Positions 43,701 through 58,000 of a stretch of 64,000 nt of DNA are shown here, in pieces (position 1 is the stretch's first letter; every line of letters begins with the position of its first letter). The stretch comes from the human T2T-CHM13v2.0 reference genome, Homo sapiens. The stretch is from the NCBI RefSeq assembly GCF_009914755.1, contig NC_060932.1. One strand, given 5' to 3'. Under the pieces are notes generated by a model that saw only the letters and a list, made by a program, of their open reading frames with translations, was not told the DNA's origin and searched no databases. The translations under genes were made by a program, and so were the position numbers.

Positions 43701-44146
43701 AAACTAGAAAGAAGTTATCTGTGAAACTGCTTTGTGATATGTTGATTCTTCTCACAGAGTTTAACCTTTTTTTTTTGATTCCACAGGTTGTAAATAGTCC
43801 TTTTGTAGAACTTGCAAAGGGAGATTTGGAGCACATTGAGGCCTATGGTGACAAACAGAATATCCCCTGATAAAAACTAGAAAGAAACTATGTGTGAAAT
43901 TGCTTTCTGATGTGAGGATTCTTCTCACAGAGGTAAACTTTTCTTTTGATACACAAGGTTGGAAACACCCTTTTTTGACAACCTGCGATGAGACATTTGG
44001 AAGCCCACTGAAGCCTATGTTTGAAAACTGAATATCCACAGGTAAAAATTAGAAAGAAGCTGTCTGTGAAACTTCTTCATGATGTGTGAATTCATCTCAC
44101 AGAGTTAAACCTTTCTCATGATTCAGCAGTTTGGGAACACTCTTTT
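40800..44146 (+). repeat. Diverged monomeric alpha satellite, layer B
   Basis: Units with CAGTTTGGAAACACTGTTTTTG and frequent GTGACAAAC. Confidence 0.95.
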
Positions 44147-44378
44147 TTTTTTCAATTTTAATTTTAATTTAATTTAATTTTATTTTTATTTATTGATCAT
44201 TCTTGGGTGTTTCTCAGAGAGGGGGATGCAGCAGGGTCATAGGATAATAGTGGAGAGAAGGTCAGCAGATAAACACGTGAACAAAGGTCTCTGGTTTTCC
44301 TAGGCAGAGGTCCCTGCGGCCTTCCACAGTGTTTGTGTCCCTGGGTACTTGAGATTAGGGAGTGGTGATGACTCTTAA
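44143..44378 (-). mobile_element. Severely 5'-truncated old SVA (SVA_A/B-like; SINE-R 3' end only)
   Basis: A-rich tail plus ~190 bp SINE-R carrying the SVA-type junction AAAGGTCTCTGGTTTTCCTAGG; perfect 14-bp TSD GGGAACACTCTTTT at 44133-44146 and 44379-44392. Confidence 0.9.
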
Positions 44379-45025
44379 GGGAACACTCTTTTGAAAGGAT
44401 CTGTGATGGGATACTTTCAAGCCCACTGAGGCCTATAGAAATAAATGGAATATCCATATACAAAAACTAGAAAGAAGCTATATATGAAACTCCTTTTTGA
44501 TGTGTGGATTCATCTCACAGAGTAGAACTTGCTTTTGATTCAGCAGCTTGGAGACACTGTTTTTGGAGAATCTGTGAAGGGACATTTGAGAGATCATTGA
44601 GGACTATGGGGAAAAACCAAATATCCCAAGACAAACACCATAAAGAAGCTACCTGTGAAACTGCTTTGTGATGTTTGGATTCATCTTACAGAGTTAAACT
44701 TTTGTTTTGATTCACCACGTTAAAAACATTCTTTTTGTACAATCTGTGAAAGGATATTTGGGAGCCCATTGAGGCCTATGGGGAAAAACAGAATATCTTC
44801 AGAGAAAAACAAGAAAGAAGGTACCTGTGAAACTGCTTTGTGATGGGTGGATTCATCTCAAACAGTTAAAGCTTTCTTTTGATTCAATAGTTTGGAAACA
44901 CTCTTTTCAAAGATTCTGTGAAGGGACATTTGAGAAGCCATTGAGGAGTATGGGAAAAAAACGAACGTCCCCAGATAAAAAATACAAAGTAGCTATCTGT
45001 GAAATTGCTTTGTGATGTGTGGACT
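44379..45025 (+). repeat. Diverged monomeric alpha satellite, layer C
   Basis: Units with CCTATGGGGAAAAA. Confidence 0.95.
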
Positions 45026-46082
45026 TCTTGCAGGAAGTCAGGGACCCCAAATGGAGGGACCAGCTGAAGCCATAGCAGAAGAATGTGGATTGCGAAGATT
45101 TCATGGACATTTATTAATTCCCCAAGGTAACACTTTTATAATTTCTTATGCCTGTCTTTACTGCAATCTCTAAACATAAATTGTGAAGATTTCCTGGACA
45201 CGTATCACTTCCCCAATCAATACCGTTGTGATTTCCTATGCCTGTCTTTACGTTAATCTCTTAATCCTGTCAGCTGAGGAGGATGTATGTTGCCTCAGGA
45301 CCCTGTGATAATTGCATTAACTGCATAAATTGTAGAGCATGTGTGTTTGAAAAAAGAACAGGAGAACAGGACACCTTGAAAAAAGAACAGGAGAACAGCA
45401 ATTGTTCAGGGAATAAGAGAGATAACCTTAAACTCTGACCACCAGTGAGCCAGGTAGAACAGAGCCATATTTCTCTTCTTTCAAAAACAAATGGGAGAAA
45501 TATCGCTGAATTCTTTTTCTCAGCAAGGAACATCCCTGGGAAAGAGAATACGCTCCTGGTGGTGGATCTATAGACGGCCCCCTTGGGTGTGGCCATCTTC
45601 TGTGGTCTGTAGACTGTAGGGGTGAAATAGAACCCAGTCCCTCATAGTGCTCCCAGGCTTACTAGGAAGAGGAGATTCCCACCTAATAAATTTTGGCCAG
45701 ACAGGTTGCTCTCAAAACCCTGTCTCCTGATAAGATGTTATCAATGACAATGGTGCTAACTTCATTAGCAATTTTAATTTCACCCCAGTCCTGTGGTCCT
45801 GTGAGCTTGCCCTAACTTCATTTGCCTTGTGATATTCTATTACCTTGTGAAGTTCGTGATGTCTGTGACCTACACCCTATTTGTACACTCCCTCCCCTTC
45901 TGAAAGTCCCTAATAAAAACTTGCTGGTTTTGCCACTTGTGGGGCATCACGGAATCTACTGACATGTGATGTCTCCCTCGGATGCCCAGCTTTTGTACTC
46001 TGTCCCTTTATTTCTCAAACCAGCTGATGCTTAGGGAAAATAGAAAAGAACCTACATGACTATTGGGGCAGTTTCCCTAGTA
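45026..46082 (+). mobile_element. MER11 solo LTR (MER11C-like; HERV-K11/HML-8)
   Basis: Starts TCTTGCAGGAAGTCAGGGACCCC, repeated ATTGTGAAGATTTCATGGACA motifs, AATAAA at ~45912, ends GAAAATAGAAAAGAACCTAC...; 6-bp TSD TGGACT (45020-45025; 46083-46088). Confidence 0.92.
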
Positions 46083-49000
46083 TGGACTCATCTCACAAGA
46101 GTTAAAATTTCTTTTGATTCAGCAGGTTGAAAATATTATTTTTGGAGAATCAGGATCAGACATTTGGGAGCTCTTTGCAGCCTATGGGGAAAAATTGAAT
46201 AACCAAGATAAAAACTAAAAAGAAGCTACCTATGAACCTCCTTTGTAAAGTGTAGACTAACACCTCAGAGTTAATCCTTTCTTGGGATTCAGCAGGTTGA
46301 AAACTTTCTTTTTGGAGATCTGCAAAGGGAAATTGGGAGCCCATTGAGGTCTATGGGGGTAAACAAAGTATTCCCAGATAAAACCTAGAAAAAAAGCTAT
46401 CTGTGAAACTGCATTGTGGTGTGTGGATTCAGCTCAGAGTTAAAGCTTTCTTAGATTCAGCAGTTTGGAAACTCTCTTTTTAAAAAATCTGCAATGGGAC
46501 ATTTTCAGGGCCCATTGAAGCCTTTGGGGAAAAACCGAATATCCCCAGTTATAAACTAGATAGAAGCTATCTGTGAAACTTATTTGTGATGTCTGGATTC
46601 ATCTCACAGAACAAAACATTTCTTTTGATTCAGCAGGTTGGAGACACTCTTTTTGAAGAATCTGTGAAGGGATATTTGGGAGCCCAGTGAGGCCTATGGG
46701 GAAAAGTGGAATATTCCCAGATGTAAACTCATAGAAGCTATCTGTGAAACTACTTTGTGGTGGGCGGATTCATCTCATAGAATTAAACATTTCTTTTGAC
46801 TCAGCAAGTTGGAAACACTCTTTTTAGAGAATCTGCAAAGGTATATATGGGAGTCCATTGAGGCCTATGGGGAAAGACAGAATACAGAGTTAAACCTTTG
46901 TTTTTATTCAGCAGGGTAGAAACACTCTTTTTCCAGAATCAGTGAAGGGATATTTGTGAGCCCATTGAGGCCTATAGGGAAAAAGCAAATATCCCCAGAT
47001 AAAAACTAGAAAGTAGCTATTGGTGAGACTACTTTATTATGTGTGGATTCACCTCACAGAGTTAAAGCATTCTTTTGATTCAGCAGCTTGGAAACTCTCT
47101 TTTTGTACAATATGTGAGGAAACATTTGGGAGCCCATTCTGTCCCATGGTGAATAACAGATTAACCACAGATAAAAACAAGAAAGAAGCTACCTGTGAAA
47201 ATGCTCTGTGATCTGTGCATTCCTCTCACAGTGTTAAACCTTTGTTTTGATTCAGCACTTTGGAAACTTTCTTTTTGGAGTAGCTGTAAAGGGAAATTTG
47301 AGAGCACATTGAGGACTATGGGGGTAAAGAAAATATCCCCAGATAAAAACTAGAAAAAGCTATCTGTGAAACTGCTTTGGGACGTGTGGATTCATCTCAC
47401 AGTGTTAAACCTTCCTTTCTATTCAGCATGGTGGAAAGACCCTTTTTGTAGAATCTGCAAAGGGACATTTGGGAGCCCTCTGATGCCTATAGGAATAAAA
47501 CGAATATTCCCATGTAAAAATTTGGAAGAAGCTTTAAGTTTAACTGCTTTGTGATGAGTGGATTCATCTCACAGAGTTGAACCTTTCTTTTTATTCAGCA
47601 GGGTGGAAACACTCTTTTTGCAGAATCAGTGAAGGGACATTTGGGATCCCATTGAGGCCTATGGGGAAAAAGTGAATGTCCCTTTATACAAACTACAGAG
47701 AAGCTATCTGGGACACTGCGTTATGATATGTGGATTCATCTCACAGAGTTAGAGAATTCTTTTGATTCAGGAGGTTGGAAACACTTTTATTGTACAATCT
47801 GTGGAGGGACATTTGGGAAACCAGGCCTATTGTGATTAACAGATTATCCACAGATAAAAACAAGAAATAAGCTATCTGTGAAACTGCTTTGTGATGTGTC
47901 CATTCATCTCATAGAGTTAAACCTTTTTTTAGGTTCAACGGTTTGGAAACATTCTTGTTGCTGAATCTGTGAAGGGACATTTGGAAGCCCATTTAGGCCT
48001 ATGGGTAAAACTGAATATCCCCAGATAAAAACTAGAAAGAAGCTATCTGTGAAACTGCTTTGTGATATGTTACTTTATTGCACAGGGTTAAACCTTTCTT
48101 TTGATTCAGAAGATTGGAACACCTTTTTTGTACAATCCGTGAAGGGAGATTTGGGAGCCCAAGAATCCTATGGAAAAAACAGAATATCCCTAACTAAAAA
48201 AAAGAAAGAAGCTGTTTGTGAAACTCCTTTGTGATGTACAGATTCATCTCAAATAACTAAACCTTTCTTTTGCTTCAGCGCGTTGGAAACACTCTTTTTG
48301 TAGAATATGCAAGGGGAAATTTCGGAGCCTATTGAAGTCTATGGAGAAAAACTGAATATATCCACATAAAAACAAGAAATAAACTGTCTGGGAAACTACT
48401 TTGTGATGTGTGGATTCATTTCAGAGAGTTGAACCTTTCTTTTGATTCAGTCAGCTGGAAGTACTCTTTTTGAAGAATCTGAAGGGATAATTCGGAGCCC
48501 ATTAAGACCTATGGAAAAACCCCGAACATCCCCAGATAAAAACAAGAAGAGAAGTTTTTGTGACAGGGCTTTGTGATGACTGGATTCATCTCACAGAGTT
48601 AAACCTTCCTTTGGATTCAGCATGTTGGAAACACTCTTTTTGTTGACTCTGCAAAGAAACATTTGGAACCACTTGAGGACTCTGGGGAAAAACAGAATGT
48701 CCCCGGGAAAAAAAAGAAAGAAGCTATTTCCAAACCTGAGTTGTGATGAGCGGATTCATCTTGTAGAGTTAAACTTTTCTTTTGATTCAGCAGGTTGGTA
48801 ACACTCTTTTTGGAGAATCTGCAAAGGGACATTTATGAGACAATTGAAGCCTATGTGGAAGAACAGAATATCCCCAGATAAAAACTACAAAGAAGCTATC
48901 TGTGAAACTGCTTTGTGAGGTGTAAATTCATCTCACAGAGTTAAACCCTTCTTTCATTCAGCAGGTTGTAAACTCTTTTTTTGTAATATCTGTGAATGGA

Positions 49001-52000
49001 CAATTTGAGTCCCCGAGGCCTACCAGGAAAAAACAAATATTCCCAGATACAAACTAGAAACGAGCCATATTTGAAACTGCTTTGTGGTGAGTGAATTCAT
49101 CTCACAGAGTTATACATATTTTTAAATTCAGCAGGTTAGAAACACTCTTTTTGTAGAATCTGTGACGAAACATTTGGGAGCCCATTGAGGCCTATGGGGA
49201 AAAATCCGATGTCTTTAGTTGAAAAGTAGAAAGAGTATATCTGTGAAACTACTTTTTGATGTGTGCATTTATCTCAGAAAGTTAAAGTTTTCTTTTGATT
49301 CAGTAGGTTGGATACACTATATTTGTAGAATCTGCAAAGGGACATTTGGGAGCTCATTGCAGCCTATGGGGAAAAACTGAATATTTCCAGATAAAAACTA
49401 AAAAGATGTTATCTGTGAAACTGTTTTGTGATGTGTTTATTTATCTCACACAATTGAAACTTCATTTTGATTCAGCGGTTGGAAACTCTCTTTTTGTAGG
49501 ACAGGTGAATGGATATTTGGGAGTCCATTGAGGCCTATGAGGAAAAACTGAATATCCTCAGTTAAAACTTTTGATTCAGCAGGTTAGAAGCTATCTGTGA
49601 AACTGCTTTTTGATGTGTGGATTCATCTCACAGAATAAATTTTTCTTTTGTTTCAGCAGGTTGGAAACACTCTTTTTGCAGAATCTGCTAAGGGACATTT
49701 GAGAGCCCATTGAGGACTTTGGGAAAAAATAATATTCTCAGATAAAAACTAGAAAAAAGCTATATGTGAAATTGCATTGTTATGTGTGGATTAATCTCAC
49801 AGAGTTAAACCTTTCTTTTGGTTCAGCATGTTGGAAACACTGTTCTAAAGAATCATTGAAGAGGCATTTGGGAGCCCTTTGAGACGTAGGGGAGAAACAA
49901 AATATCCCCAGAAAAAACTAGAAAGAAGATATCTGTGAAACAGTTTTGTGATGTGTTGATTCATGTCACAGAGTTAAACTTTTCTTTTGATTCAGCACGT
50001 TGGAAACACTCTTTTTGTAGAATTTGCTAAGGTATATTTGAGAACCCATTGTAGCCTATGGGGAAAAACTGAATATCCCCAGATAAAAATTAGAAAAAAG
50101 CTATCTCTGAAACTGCTTTCTGATGTGTGGATTCATCTCACAGAGTTAAACCTTTCTTTTGATTCAGATGTTTGGAAACACTCTTTTTGGACAATCTGTG
50201 ATGAGACATTTGGAAGCCTATTGAGGCCTATGGGGAAAAACTGAATATCAACAGATAAAAATTAGAAAGAAGCTGTCTGTGAAACTTCTTTGTGATGTGT
50301 GGATTCATGTCACAGAGTTAAACCTTTCTTATGATTCAGCAGTTTGGAAACACTCTTTTTGGAGAATCTGCGAAGAAACATTTGGTAACGCATTGAGGGC
50401 TGGGGAAAAACCGAATATCTCCATATAAACACTATAAAGAAGTTATCTGTGAAGCTGCTTTGTGATGTGTGGATTCATCTCACAGAGTTAAACCTTTCTT
50501 ATTATTCAGCAGTTTGGAAACACTCTCTTTGTAGAATCTGCAAACAGACATTTGGGAACCCACTGAGACCTATGGGGAAAACCTGAGTATCCTCAGATAC
50601 AAATGAGAGAAAATCCATCTGTGAAACTGTATTGAAAAGCGTAGATTGATCTCCCAGCGTTAAACCTTTTTTTTTAATTCAGAAGGTGGGAAACTATATT
50701 TTTGTCAAATCTGTGAAGGGATATTTGGAGCCTATTTTGGCCTATGGGAAAAACCGAATATCCACAGATAAAAACGAGAAAGAAGCTATTCGTGAAACCT
50801 GCTTTTGATGTGTGGTTTCATCTCACAGAATTAAATTTTTCTTCTGATTCAGCAGGTAAAAACACCCCTTATGGAGAATCTGTGAAGGTGTATAAGAGAA
50901 CCCATTATGTCTTAGGGAAAATCCAAATATCCCGAGATAAAAACCAGAAGGAAGGAATCTGTGAAACTGCTTTGTGAAATGTGGATTCATCTCACAGAGT
51001 TAAATTTTGTTTTGATTCTGAAGATTGGAAACACTCTTCTTGGAGAATCTCTGAAGAGACTTTTGAAATCCCTTTGAGATCTATTGGAAAAAAACAAATA
51101 TCCCCAGATGAAAACTAGAAAGATGCTATTTGTGAAATTGCTGTGTGGTGTGTGGCTTCATCTCAGAGTTAAACCTTTCTTTTGATTCAGCAGTTTTGAG
51201 GTACTCTTTTTGGAGTATATGTGAACAGACATTTTGGAGCCCATTGAGACCTATCAGGGTAAACTGAGTATTACTAGATAAAAACTAGAAAGAAGCTATC
51301 TGTGAAACTGCTTTGTGATGTGTGGATTCATCTCACAGAGTTAAATTTTTCTTTGGATTCAGTAGGTTGGAAACACTCTTTTTGGACTATATGCACAGGG
51401 ACATCTTGGCACCCATTGAGGCCCATTGGGATAAACTGAATATCCCCAGGTAAAATCCAGAAAGAAGGTATCTGTGAAACTGTTTTGTCCGTTTGAAATT
51501 ATCTCACAAAGATAAACATTTCTTTTCATGCAGCAGGAGGGAAACACTCTTCTTGGAGAAACTGCGAAGAGACATTTGGGAGCTTATGGAAGACTACAGG
51601 TAAAACCAAATATCCTGAGATAAAAGCTGGAAAGAAGCTATCTGTAAAACTTCTTTGTAATGTGTGGATTCATCTTACCGAGTTAAACCTTTCTTTTGAT
51701 TAAGCAGGTTGGAAATCCTCTTGTAAAATCTGTGAAGGGACATTTGGGAGCCCATTGAGGAATGTAAAGAAAAAACAGAATATCCTGAGATAATAACTAG
51801 AAAGATGATAAATGTGAGACTGCTCTGTGATTTGTGGATTCACCTCAAACAGTTAAACCTTTCTTTTAATTCAGCAGATCGGAAACACTCTTCTCAGAGA
51901 AACTGCAAACGGACATTTTGAAGGCCATTGAGGCCTATTGGGAAAAACTGAATATCTCCACATAAAAACTAAAATAAAGCTATCTGTGAAACTGTTTTGT

Positions 52001-55000
52001 GACAAGTGGATTCATTTCACAGGGTCAAAACTTTCTGTTGATTTAGCAGGTTGGAAACACTCTTTTTGGAAAATCTGCCTATGGACTTTTGGGAGCCCAT
52101 TGAGGCCAAAGGGAAAACCTGAATATCCCATGATAAAAACTAGAAAGAAGCAATCTGTGAAACTGCCTTGTATGTGTGGATTCATCTCCCAGGGAAAAAC
52201 CTTCCTATTCTTTCAGCAGATTGGAAACACTTTTTTTGTGGAATCTGCAAAGGACATTTTGGATCCAATTGAGTACCATGGGGAAAAAACGAATATCTCC
52301 TGTTAAATCTGGAAACAAGCTATGTGCTAACTGCTTTGGGATCTGTGGATTTATCTCACAGTGTTAAACCTTTCTTTTGAGTCAGCAGATTGGAAACCCT
52401 CTTTTTGTAGAATCTGCAAAAGAGCATTTGTGATACTTTTGAGGCCTATAAGAAAAAAACAAATATCCCCAGATAAAAACTACTAAGAAGCTCTCAGTGA
52501 CACTGCTTTGAGATTTGATCCAACAGAGTTAAACCAACAGAGTTAAACCATTCTTTTGATTGAGGACGTTCAAAATGCACTTTTTGTAGAATCTACAGTG
52601 GTATATTTTGGAGCCCATTGAGGCTTTTGGGGAAAACCAAATATCCTCAGATAAAAACTACAAAGGAGCTATCTGTGACACCACTTTTTTATGTGTGGAT
52701 TCAACTCACAGAGGCAAACCATTGTTTTGATTCAGTACGTTGGAACACTGTTTTTGTAGAATCTGTGAAGGGACATTTTGCAGCATGTTGAAGCCCATGG
52801 CAAAAAAAACGGGTTATCCCGAGATAAAAACTACAAGGACACTATCAGTGAAACTGCCTTGTGATGTGTGGATTCATCTCACAAAGGTAAACCTTTCTTT
52901 TGATTGAGCAGGTTGGTAACACTCTTTCTGTAGAATCTGCAATGGTACATTATGGACCTATTGAGGCCCATAAGGAAAAACCAATATCCACAGAAAATAA
53001 CTAGAAAGAAGCTATCTGGGAAACTGCTTTGTGATTTGTGGATTCATCTGACAGAGTTAAAAGTTTCTTTTGATTTACCAGGTTGGAAACAATCTTTTTG
53101 TAATACCTGTGAAGGGATTTTTGGGAGTCCACTGAGGCCCATAGAAAAAAAAATATACCCAGATAAGAAAAAGAAAGAAGCTCTCTGTGAAACTGCTTTT
53201 TGATGTGTGGATTCATCTCAAAGAGTTAAACCTTTCTTTTGATTCAACAGGTTGGAAACACTCTTTGTAGAATCTGCAAAGGGACATTTAGAAGCCAATG
53301 AGGCCTAGAGAGATAAACCCAATATCTCCACATAAAAACTAGGAAGAAGATATCTGTGAAACTGCTTTGTGATGTGTGGACTCATCTCACAGGGTTAAAC
53401 CTTTCTTTCAATTAAGCAGGTTGGAAACACTCTTTTGGGAGAATCTGTGAAGGGAAATTTCAGAGCCCATTGGGGCCTATGAGGAAAATCTGAATAACCG
53501 CAGATAAAAACTAGGGAGAAACCATCTGTGAAACTGCTTTGGATGTGTGAATTCACCTCCCAGAGGTAAACCATTCTTTGATTCCACAGTTTGGAAACAC
53601 TCTTTTTGTAGAAACTGCAAAAGGACATTTGGGAGCCCTTTCAGGCCAATGGGGAAAAACTGAATATCTCCTGATAAAAACTCCAAAGAAACTTTTTGTG
53701 AAACTGCTTTGTGATGTGTTTATATTTTCTTTTGATTACTAGAAAGAATATATCTATGTAACTTCTTTGTGATGTGTACATTCACCTCACAGAGTTAAAC
53801 CTTTCTGTTCATTCAGCAGGTTGGAAATTCTCTTTTTGGAGAATCTGTGAAGAAACATTTTAAAGCCCCTTGAGGCCTTTGGGGAAAACCTGAATATCCC
53901 CAGATAAAAACTAGAAAGAATCTATCTGAGAAATCGCTTTGTGATGTGTGGATTCATCTCATAGGGTGAAGCCTTTCTTTTGATTCAGCAGGTTACAAAT
54001 GGTCTTTTTGGAATATCTGCGAGGGGACATTTGGAGGCCCGCTAAGGCCTATAGAGAGAAAAGAAATATCCCCAGATGAAAATCAGGAAGAGGTTATCTG
54101 TGTAACTTCTTTGTGACGTTTGTATTTATTTTGCAGAGGTAAAGCTTTCATTTGATTCAGCAGGTTGGAAACACTGGTTTTGGAGAATATGTGAAGGGAC
54201 ATTTGGGATCCCATTGAGGCCTATGGGGTAATACTAAATATCGCCAGGAAAAAACTAGAAAGAAGCTATCTGTGAAACTGGTTTGTGATATGTGGATTCA
54301 TCTCACAGTGTTAAACCTTGATTTTGATCCAGGAGGTTGAAAACATTCTTTTTGTAGAATCTGTGAAGGGACATTTGGGAGCCCTTTGAGGCATATGGGA
54401 AAAAAACAGGCTATACCCAGATAAAACTAGAAAGAAGCTATCCATGAAACTGGGTTTTGATGTGTGGATTCAAGTCACAGAGTTAAACCTTTCTTTTGAT
54501 TCAGCTGTTTGGAAAAACTCTTTTTGGAGAATCTGCAAAGGGACATTTTGTAGCACCTTGAGGCTTATGGGGAAAAACAAAATATCCCCAGATAAAAACT
54601 GCATAGAAGCAATCTGTGGAACTGTTTCATAATGCGTGGATTCATCACACAGAATTAAAATTTCCTTTTGATTCACCAGGTTGGAAACACATTTTTGGAT
54701 AATCTGTGAAGGGAGATTTTGGTGCCCATAGAGGCCTATGGGAAAGAAAAAGAATATCCCCAGATAAAAACTAGAAAGAAGCTATCCGTGAATCTGCTTT
54801 GTGATGTGTGGACTCATCTCACAGACTCTAAACTCTCTTTTGATTCAGCTGGTTGGAAACACTCTTCTTGTAGAATATGCAAAGGGACATTTGGGAGCCA
54901 ATTGAGGCCTAAGGGGAAAACAAAATATCCACAGATTAAAAACTAGAAAGAAGTTATCCATGAAACTTCTTTGTGATCTGTGGATTCATCTCACAGAGGT

Positions 55001-58000
55001 AAAGTTTTTGTTTGATTTAGCAGGTTGGAAACCCTCCTTTGGAGACTCTACAAAGGGTCATTTTGGGAACCCATTGAGTACCCAGGGGAAAAATTGAATA
55101 TCCCCAGAAAAAAACTAGGAAGAAGCTATCCATGAAACTGCTTTTTGATGTGTGGATTCATCTCACAGAGCATAACCTTTCTTTTGATTCAGCATGTTGG
55201 AAACACTCTTTTTGTAGAATTTGAGAAGAGACATTTGTGAACCCGTTGAGTCCTAGGGAAAAACCAAATATCTCATTATTAAAACTAGAAAAAACCTATC
55301 CATGAGACTGCTCTGTGATATGTGGATTCAGCTTACAGAGTTAAAACTGTCTATTGATTCAGCAGCTTGGAAATGCTATTTCTGGACAATCTGTGAAGGG
55401 ACATTTGGAAGCCCATTGAGTGTTATGGGGAAAAACAAAATATCACTAGAAAAAAAATTAGAAGAAGAAACACGGGAAAATGTTTTGTGATGTGTGCATT
55501 CATCTCATAGAGTTAAACCTTTTTTTTGATTCAGCAGGTAGGAAACACTATGAAGAATCTGCAAAGAGATATTTGAATGCCTATTGAGGCCTATGGGGTA
55601 CAACAAAATATCCCCATATAAAAACTAGTATGAAGTTGTCTGTGAAACTGTTTGTGAAGTGTGTATTCATCTCAGAGTTAAAACTTTTATGTCATTCAGC
55701 AGGTTTGAAACACTTTTTTTGGAGAGTCTGCAAAGGGACATTTTGGAGCCCATTGTGGTCTACATGAAAAAGCAGAATATCTCAAGATAAAAACTAGAAA
55801 GAAACTATCTGAGAGACTGTTTTGTAATGTGTGGATTCAGCTCACAGGCTTAAACCTTTCAATTGATTCTGCAGGATGGAAATATTGTTTTTCAAGAATC
55901 AGCAAAGGGAAATTAGGGAGCCATTGAGGCCTATGAGGAAAAACTGAACCTCCCCACATAAAAACTAGAAAGAAGCTATCTGTGAAAATGCTTTGTGATT
56001 TACGGATTCATCTCACAGAGTTAAAATTTGTTTTTGATTTATTAGGTTGGAAACTCTCTTTTTGGAGAATTTGTGAAGAAACATTTGGGAGCCCATTGAG
56101 GCCTATAGGGAAAAGCTGAATAACCCCAGATAAAAACTAGAAAGAAGGTATCTGTGAAACTGCTTCGTGATGTTTGGATTCATCTCACAGAGTTAAAACT
56201 TTTTTTTAGATTCAGCTGTTTGGGAACATTCTTTGTGGGGAGTCTGTGAAGGGACATTTGGGAATCCATATCCATTGAGGACTTAGGGAAGAAAACGAAT
56301 ATAACCAGATAAAAACCAGAAAGAAGCTATCTGTGAAACTTCTTTGTAATGTGTGGATTTATCTCACAGAGTTAAACCTTTGTTTTGATCCAGCAGACTG
56401 GAAACACTCTTTTTGTAGAATCTGTGAAGAGAATTTTAGGAGTGTATTGAGGCCTAAGAGAAAAAAAACAGAATATCCCCAGATAAAAAAACTAGAAGGA
56501 AGCTATCTGCAAAACTGCTTTCTGATGTGTGGATTCATCTCACAGATTTAAACCTTTCTTTTCATTCAACAAGTTGGAAAAAAATTTTTTATAATCTGCA
56601 AAGAAATATTTGGCTGCCCATTGAGGCCTAAGGGAAAAAACAGAGTATCCCCACATAAAAACTGAAAGAAGCTATCTGTGAAACTGCTTTCTGATGTGTG
56701 GATTCATCTCACAGAATTTAACCTTGAATTTGCTTCAACAGGTTAGAAACTCTGATTTTGGAGAATCTGCAAGGGGTCATTTTGTAGCCCTTTGAGGTCT
56801 ATGGGGAAAAGCCGAATATCCCAAGGTAAAAAATAGAAAGAATGTATCCGTGAAACTGATTTGTGATGTGTGGATTCATCCCATAGATTTAAACACTCCC
56901 TTTGATTCAGCAGTTTGGAAACAGTTTTTTGTCGAATCTGTGAAGCGACATTTTGGAGCACTTTGAGGCCTATGGTGAAAAAACAAATATTCCCAGATGA
57001 AAAATAGAAAGAAGCCATCTGTGAAACTGCTTTTTGATGTATTGACTCACGTCATATAGGTAAATCTTTGTTTTGAACCAGGAAGTTGGAAATACTCTTT
57101 CGGTAGGATCTGTGAAGGGACACTAGGGAGCCCATTTAAGACTATAAGTAAAAATTAAATATCCTTATGTAAAAACTGGAAAGAAGCTATCTGTGAATCT
57201 GCTTTGAGATGTGTGGATTCATATCACAGAGTTAAACGTTTCTTTTGATTCAGATGCTTGGAAACACTTTTTTTGTAGAATCTAATAAGGCACATTTGGG
57301 AGCCAATTGATGTCTATGGGGGTAAAAAACGAATATCCACAGACAAATTTAGAAAGAAATTACCCATGAAACCAGTTTGTGATGTTTGGAATCATCTCAC
57401 AGAGATAAAGCTTTCATTTGATTCAGCAGGTTGGAAACACTCCTTTTGGGGACCCTGCAAAAGAACATTTGAAAATCCATTGATATCTATCAGGGAAAAA
57501 TGGAATATCCACAGAAAAAATTAGAAAGCAATTTTTTGTGAAACTGGTTTCTGATGTGTGGATTCATCTCACAGAGATAAATTTCATTTGATTCAGCAAG
57601 TTGGAAACACTCCTTTTGGTGACTCTGCAAAGGAACATTTGTGAGCCCATTGAGGCCTATGGGGAAAAATTGAATATCCCCAGATAAAAACTAGAAAGAA
57701 GCTATCTGTGAAACTACTTTGCTTGTGTGGATTCCTCTTACAAAGTTGTAAATTTCCTTTGATTCAGCAGGTTGGAAACACTCTTTCTGTAGAATCAGTG
57801 TAGAAACTTTTAGAAGCCCATTGAGACTTATGGGGAAAAAAATGAATATCTCCAGGAAAAGGAGAAAGAAGCTATCTGTGAAACTGCTTTGTGAAGTGAG
57901 GATTCCTCTCACAGAGTTAAAACTTTCTTTTGATTCAGCAGGTTGGAAACACTCTTTTCTAAGAATCTGTGAAAGGACATTTGGGAACACATTGAGACCT

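Noticed and set aside
52515-52550. CCAACAGAGTTAAA tandem duplication and other shortened monomers (e.g. ~29560, 30500, 34445, 46885, 49570, 53740, 59020)
   Set aside because: Ordinary slippage and deletion decay of old satellite
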